Shown here: in pieces, positions 59,267 to 64,000 of the stretch
Position numbering within the stretch: position 1 is the first letter of the stretch
Layout: each line of letters starts with the position of its first letter
Assembly (NCBI GenBank): GCA_040757835.1
Contig: JBFLWJ010000008.1
Coordinates: forward strand, 58,464-122,463
Direction: 5' to 3'
Length of the DNA: 64,000 nt
Origin: Actinomycetota bacterium
GTDB taxonomy: Bacteria; Actinomycetota; Geothermincolia; Geothermincolales; RBG-13-55-18
Notes under the pieces: model-generated
Seen by the model: the letters and a program-made list of their open reading frames with translations, nothing else
The model's database searches: none
Told to the model about the DNA's origin: nothing
Position numbers and translations under genes: made by a program

Positions 59267-60585
59267 CAATGCTATTCCAGCTAAGGATTCACTTAGATGA
59301 GCCGATTGAGACGGAATCAGTCGTGCTTGATTGGTCAAGAACACAAGGGACGATTGATTATAAGGGTGCGCTCTTTGATCGACTGCACCAACCTTCTATG
59401 GCATTGGACCTCCTACGATTTGGAGCGGTAGTGCATTGCGCCGACAAGTTAACTTCTCGTGAGGCCACGGAAAACGGATGGGAGCGTGAGATTTCCTTGA
59501 GTATCCCGGCGATGGACCCTGTCCAATGGCAATCTGCCACAGACACATTGACCGAGGCCCTTTGCTTTCTAAGCGGAGATCGATGGAGTTTGAGGTTTAG
59601 GGAGAGTTGCGAACAAGAGTCAGGAGCTCGAGTTCGCCAATCTTGTGATGCTATCTGCCTTTTTTCTGGAGGGCTTGATTCGCTTGCTGGTGCAATTGAT
59701 CTCTTGGAGGATGGCTTATCAGTGTGTCTTGTTGGTCATTACGACACCGGTCTTACACATGGCAGGCAACTTGAACTTGCCGAAGAACTTGGGAATCACT
59801 ATGGCAACAAGAAAGTGACCCTATTGCAGGTCTTCTTGCGTCCCTCGCCAAGAAGGGATAATCAGGTAGAGCCATTACCCCATGTAACCGAGAAAAGTAC
59901 AAGGGCGCGCTCATTTCTATTTATTGCGATGGGTCTTGCAGTTGCGAACACAATTGGTGATTCAATTCCCTTGTATGTTCCTGAAAATGGATTTATTGGC
60001 ATTAACGTTCCTTTAACGGCGGCCCGAAGGGGTAGTCTAAGCACGAGAACCACCCATCCATTCTTTCTGAGACGCCTTGAAGATGCATTTGCCCAGCTGG
60101 GAATTATGAACACAATCCGAAACCCTTATCGATTAAAGTCTAAAGGAGAGGTAATTGCTGAAAGTCGGAATCGAGGTCTCTTAGCTCGGCTTGCTCCGAG
60201 AACTATTTCATGTGCACATCCAGAAGCATCGAGATTTTCTGGCCAACCACAGGGCAACTGTGGCTATTGTTACCCTTGTCTTATCCGTCGTGCTTCGTTG
60301 CATCACGCTCATCTCGATTCTGCTGAGGGATATGCATATGATGTCCTTTCTGAACAAGGATTCGTTAGCTCCCAAAGTAGTCGGCCTTCTACACTTAAGG
60401 CTGTTATGAGAAACCTATCCAGGACATATAAATGGAGTGATGTGCTTCGGAACGGTCCAATACCCGGAAATGAACGTATTGAGTTCGAGGGGGTATTTCG
60501 TCGCGGGCAAGAGGAGCTGCGTGAGTGGCTACTTAGCTCACCTGAAAATAGCCTTAGAAGGCTACTTCCCGAGAGCATGCCATGA
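59263..60585 (+). CDS. qatC: QatC, QueC-like PP-loop ATPase
   Basis: PP-loop ICLFSGGLDSLAGA and C-terminal zinc motif CAHPE...CGYCYPCLIRR as in QueC. 440 aa. Confidence 0.8.
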   Translation: MTMLFQLRIHLDEPIETESVVLDWSRTQGTIDYKGALFDRLHQPSMALDLLRFGAVVHCADKLTSREATENGWEREISLSIPAMDPVQWQSATDTLTEALCFLSGDRWSLRFRESCEQESGARVRQSCDAICLFSGGLDSLAGAIDLLEDGLSVCLVGHYDTGLTHGRQLELAEELGNHYGNKKVTLLQVFLRPSPRRDNQVEPLPHVTEKSTRARSFLFIAMGLAVANTIGDSIPLYVPENGFIGINVPLTAARRGSLSTRTTHPFFLRRLEDAFAQLGIMNTIRNPYRLKSKGEVIAESRNRGLLARLAPRTISCAHPEASRFSGQPQGNCGYCYPCLIRRASLHHAHLDSAEGYAYDVLSEQGFVSSQSSRPSTLKAVMRNLSRTYKWSDVLRNGPIPGNERIEFEGVFRRGQEELREWLLSSPENSLRRLLPESMP

Positions 60586-61346
60586 TGGAATATCTTGATA
60601 CTCATTGCCATATAACGAAATATCGTCAGCCGCTACGTATTATAGAGAGTGCAGAAGAGAGCAAGGTTGGCATTATTGCAGTGACTGAGCTTCCGAGCGA
60701 ATTTAGAGCATTGGTGTTGAAGTTGGGTTCAAGGCCAGGAGCAATGCCAGCTTTGGGGTTGCACCCTTTGCTTGCTAAGAAGGCTTCACCTATTGAAATG
60801 AGCCTTTTTAAACACATGCTAGCTAGAACAAAGTTTGTAGGAGAGGTTGGACTTGACTTCTCACAGCAAGACATTTCTACGCGAAGACGCCAGATAGAAG
60901 TATTTGAAGCGATACTAATGCAACCTGGAATACAAGAGAAAATCCTAACAGTGCACTCTAGGCGAGCTGAGACGGAAACAATTGATTACATTATCCAGTC
61001 TCATGTCGCAGCCGTATTGCATTGGTACTCAGGCCCTGTTAAGTACATAGAGCGTGCACTTGATGCCGGCATCTATTTTTCAATAAATCTAGCAATGATG
61101 CGAAGCTCTCATGGAAAGCGAGTTCTAGCTGCCGTGCCCCAAGATAAAATACTGCTTGAGACAGATGGGCCATACATTAATATCGGGCCAAGACCGATAG
61201 AGCCCAAGGATATTCCATCGGTAGTCAACATGCTAACTAATTGTTGGGATTTGACACCAAAAGAAGTCTTAGAACAAGTCCGTAACAATATACTAGCGTT
61301 AAGAATGCGGGTGAAAACTGAAGACGAAATTGTAGATGACCCTTAA
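60582..61346 (+). CDS. qatD: QatD, TatD-family metal-dependent DNase
   Basis: TatD motifs DTHCH, GEVGLD, HSR and ETDGPY. 254 aa. Confidence 0.85.
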   Translation: MMEYLDTHCHITKYRQPLRIIESAEESKVGIIAVTELPSEFRALVLKLGSRPGAMPALGLHPLLAKKASPIEMSLFKHMLARTKFVGEVGLDFSQQDISTRRRQIEVFEAILMQPGIQEKILTVHSRRAETETIDYIIQSHVAAVLHWYSGPVKYIERALDAGIYFSINLAMMRSSHGKRVLAAVPQDKILLETDGPYINIGPRPIEPKDIPSVVNMLTNCWDLTPKEVLEQVRNNILALRMRVKTEDEIVDDP

Positions 61347-61356
61347 AGATATAGGG

Positions 61357-61877
61357 TTAATTCAAGGGAGAAGGAAAGCCATTTATATCTAGGATTGAAG
61401 GTGGGCTCTCTACCAAGGGATCTAAGCGGCTTGCTTGATCTGCTGCCCATTCGAGCCATCGCCCTAGTTCGCTATCGGCGTGAATCCCCCCATCAGTTTC
61501 TATCGCTTGCTGTCTGGCTGCATCGATGAAATCCCTGAGGATGTTGCTCTTGTGCCAGTTTTCGGCGAGCCCTATAAGACAATCCACGCGCATCCTCTCC
61601 CCTTCAACTAACTGCTGCTTCTCTTCCCAGAGGCGGTGTCGTTCCTGACTCTCCTTCTCTTCCAGTTCACGCTGGCGGGTTACGCCCACCAGAACCAGGC
61701 GATGTCGGGGTCGGTGAAGACAATGAAACGCTTGTGCTCCGAAAAATGCCCGCCCTGGAGTATCTCGATACGCCCGGGCTGCTTCACCACGCGGTGGTGG
61801 GGGAGGCCGGCTTCATTGTCGGGGTCTGAGTGGAGATATTTGGCCTGTACCAGGCCCACTTGGCCAAGCCTTATCAA
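61357..61877 (-). pseudogene. possible small gene downstream of the GHKL ATPase, apparently split by a frameshift (65-aa + 110-aa ORFs in different frames)
   Basis: Two minus-strand ORFs (61680..61877 and 61357..61689) abut near 61680-61689. The upstream one overlaps the ATPase stop (TTGA). Neither has a convincing RBS. Confidence 0.2.
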
Positions 61878-63871
61878 CTGGTACTGGCAATAAGCTCCAC
61901 CACCTTCTTGAGCTCAATTACAGGCAGAGAGTGGCCGTCCTCCACGCCTTTACGGGTGAGGATATGAGTCACCCCGAAAAGCTCCCGGCTGGCAACGACA
62001 CAGTCCTCCACGAGGTCCGCAAGGTCGAAGTTGCGACTCCACTTCCGGCCCACCTCCCAGACCACCACGAGCGCCAAGCTCTCGAACTTCTTGGGCGAGT
62101 GGCAGTCCGTTACCTCCTCGATGAGGCTGTCCAGGTTGACCTTGAACTCCAGCATGGCCGGGGGGTACCGCACCTCATCACGGCGGGCAAACGCGGCCGG
62201 GGACAAGCCCAGGGGGTTCGCTTTAGGTTCGTAGAGCGCCTTGGGGTGGTCCTTCTTCAGCTGGAATCCGAACACCCCGTCATAGGTAGCGGAGTGATAG
62301 GCACCATATAGGTCGTAACCGACAAGCTCCCCTTTCCCGCATAGCTCGGAGAAAAGCCATATCACCTCGGGCTCGTGCTGGGGTAGTGAGCGCAGGCCAT
62401 ATCCTCCGCCCAGGGGCGTCTTCTCCGCCCGCGCTTCGGCCTCCCTTATCCTCTGGTGTTGGGCCATTTTGTCGGCGGCCTGGGATGCCTGGACGCCGGC
62501 GGGCTTGAGGTGCTTCCGCCGGGCCACGTAGTAGCGGATGAGCGCATCCCCGAGCTTTTTTATCTCGTCAACGAGGTCGGGGTTGAAGCCCTTCCTTCCC
62601 AGGTCGGGCCTGACATCCGCAAGCTGCACCAGCATGAAGAAGCGGTCCTCGTTGCCGGCGGCATAACCCAGCTCCAGGGGTATCGGCTCTCCCACCACGG
62701 CGTTGTGGGCGACCACCCATGCCCCCGGCTTGATGGCCTTCAGCGACTTATCCCCCACCTCCAGCTCACTAAGCAGTTGAAAAAGGCCTGCCGAGAAGGC
62801 GAAGAAGGAATATGCAGCTTCGAGGTCCTTTCTGAGGATGGGAAAGTCATTCCTGTTCAGGATGCCCCGCTGGGGGTGGAATAGCTGGTTCTTGGTCCAT
62901 ATCCTGTACAGGGCATCCTGGTTCAGGTGCTTCGTCGCTACCGGAGAGCCCTCCTGGTGCTCCTGGTAGTAGCGGCCAAGGTCCAGGTAGTTGAAGGTGC
63001 CGATGGTGTGGGGCAGCGGGTAGCTGAAGGGTATCTCCCAAGAAGCCGTAGACCCCGCTCCGTCCATGAGGATAAGGTTCACTCTGACCTGCCTGTTCCA
63101 CCGCTCCCTGCGCAGCAGGTCCACGAAGCCTATGGCGGTCTTAGTGCGCAGGATAGCCTCCCACTTCTTCGGGGTCACCCCCAGGTGGGAGAGGGCTGCC
63201 GGCCGGGTTCCATCACCCAAGCGCAAGGTGACTGCTGTGCCCCTGCCGAGCTGGTTGAATATATTGCAGGTCTCCACCGCCGGGCGCGCTGCCGGTTGCT
63301 TCTGGCTCCCGTCTCCCATGGCCCAGCTCCGGCCGCCAGTAACCTCGAAGGAGAGGAAGCCGTCCTCTCCCATGGTAGAGACCCTGATATAGTCAGTGGC
63401 ATGTGCGAGGAAGGTAGCGCCCACCCCAATGTGACCCCGCAGGATCAAGCCCAGGTCGCTTGCCACCCGCTGCTTCAGGCTCAGGTTGGGAACCAGGATC
63501 TGCATGAGCTCGGTCTTCGTGAGCCCGAGCCCACTATCCACTACGGTCACCTCATTATCTCTGAGGTTGAGGATAAGCCAGATCTCGGGCTCTTCGGCGA
63601 ACTCGATATCCTCGCCCGACCAGATAAGTTTCACCCGGTGCTCCAGGGCATCGACGGCGTTCTGCGTGGCCTCGATGAAGAGGTCGTAGCTTCCCTGGTA
63701 GCTGTTCAGGATGTTCCTGACCGTCGCCCGTTTTAGAGCCTCCTCATCGGGCATCAGGTTCCAGAAGCCGAAGTGGTCGAAGGGCTTGGTTATGCCATTG
63801 GCCCGGGACCTCCTCGACCCTCTGGGCATGGGGACAACCGTCCCCAACAATAGGTTTGTGTTGCCGTTCAT
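61874..63871 (-). CDS. GHKL/Bergerat-fold ATPase (HATPase_c, MORC/Hsp90/MutL-like N-domain) with long uncharacterised C-terminal region
   Basis: Motif I FIEATQNAVDALEHR, motif II VVDSGLGLT and motif III GHIGVGATF. Start ATG at 63871 preceded by AAGGAGG. 665 aa. Convergent on qatD. Confidence 0.65.
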   Translation of the reverse strand: MNGNTNLLLGTVVPMPRGSRRSRANGITKPFDHFGFWNLMPDEEALKRATVRNILNSYQGSYDLFIEATQNAVDALEHRVKLIWSGEDIEFAEEPEIWLILNLRDNEVTVVDSGLGLTKTELMQILVPNLSLKQRVASDLGLILRGHIGVGATFLAHATDYIRVSTMGEDGFLSFEVTGGRSWAMGDGSQKQPAARPAVETCNIFNQLGRGTAVTLRLGDGTRPAALSHLGVTPKKWEAILRTKTAIGFVDLLRRERWNRQVRVNLILMDGAGSTASWEIPFSYPLPHTIGTFNYLDLGRYYQEHQEGSPVATKHLNQDALYRIWTKNQLFHPQRGILNRNDFPILRKDLEAAYSFFAFSAGLFQLLSELEVGDKSLKAIKPGAWVVAHNAVVGEPIPLELGYAAGNEDRFFMLVQLADVRPDLGRKGFNPDLVDEIKKLGDALIRYYVARRKHLKPAGVQASQAADKMAQHQRIREAEARAEKTPLGGGYGLRSLPQHEPEVIWLFSELCGKGELVGYDLYGAYHSATYDGVFGFQLKKDHPKALYEPKANPLGLSPAAFARRDEVRYPPAMLEFKVNLDSLIEEVTDCHSPKKFESLALVVVWEVGRKWSRNFDLADLVEDCVVASRELFGVTHILTRKGVEDGHSLPVIELKKVVELIASTS

Positions 63872-64000
63872 GGCAACCTCCTTTCGGTCGTTCCCCATTA
63901 AGGGGAATGGTTTACGGATAAACTTGTGGCGGCCTCACGGGAGACCGCCACCTCGAGACAGGCATCCCTTCCTGCCTGGTGGCGCCCTGCCCCGATATGG

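Overview
This is a high-GC (about 65%) bacterial chromosomal segment with strong GGAGG-type ribosome-binding sites, so a Gram-positive or Actinobacteria-like host is likely. No rRNA gene, tRNA gene or CRISPR array is visible.

From left to right the window contains:
- A PadR regulator fragment and a CrtC/AttH-like hydratase.
- Several membrane and zinc-ribbon proteins.
- Two DUF3795 Cys-rich proteins, each next to a flavoenzyme.
- An LpxL-family acyltransferase, a beta-lactamase-fold lipoprotein and an ABC-2 exporter.
- An internally deleted Old-Yellow-Enzyme remnant and an amidohydrolase.
- Three tandem paralogous HdrD-like Fe-S proteins (two [4Fe-4S] motifs plus two CCG domains) followed by an acyl-CoA dehydrogenase.
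- An AddB/AddA-type helicase-nuclease pair.
- A GNAT acetyltransferase, a lipoprotein, a multi-PAS histidine kinase and a large secreted four-repeat protein.
- A UxaA-like dehydratase pair, a second ABC-2 exporter, orphan TPP-dependent E1 alpha/beta subunits and a VOC protein.
- A low-GC MerR-TetR fusion regulator placed divergently from a roughly 10-kb beta-oxidation-like catabolic operon. That operon encodes an SCP-x thiolase, a DUF35 protein, a crotonase, an acyl-CoA dehydrogenase, a CoA ligase, an OYE reductase, two amidohydrolase-2 proteins and a hydrolase.

The right-hand 10 kb is a lower-GC defense island. It carries a zinc-ribbon mini-ORF, an AbiEi/AbiEii type IV toxin-antitoxin pair and a complete QatABCD system (KAP NTPase, QatB, QueC-like, TatD). 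A convergent GHKL-type ATPase gene with a possibly frameshifted small partner closes the window.

The most unusual feature is a four-copy intergenic repeat family. Each copy is about 170 bp and has two conserved boxes separated by about 125 bp of variable sequence. The copies sit at 42.2, 53.5, 54.3 and 56.45 kb. Copies C and D immediately precede the AbiE and Qat cassettes and B precedes a small-ORF cassette, while A adjoins the low-GC regulator. Copies A and B share a perfect 30-bp direct repeat that brackets the 11.3-kb catabolic block. This suggests either an att-like or cassette-boundary element that drives tandem island accretion, or a shared regulatory module. I could not match it to a described element type.
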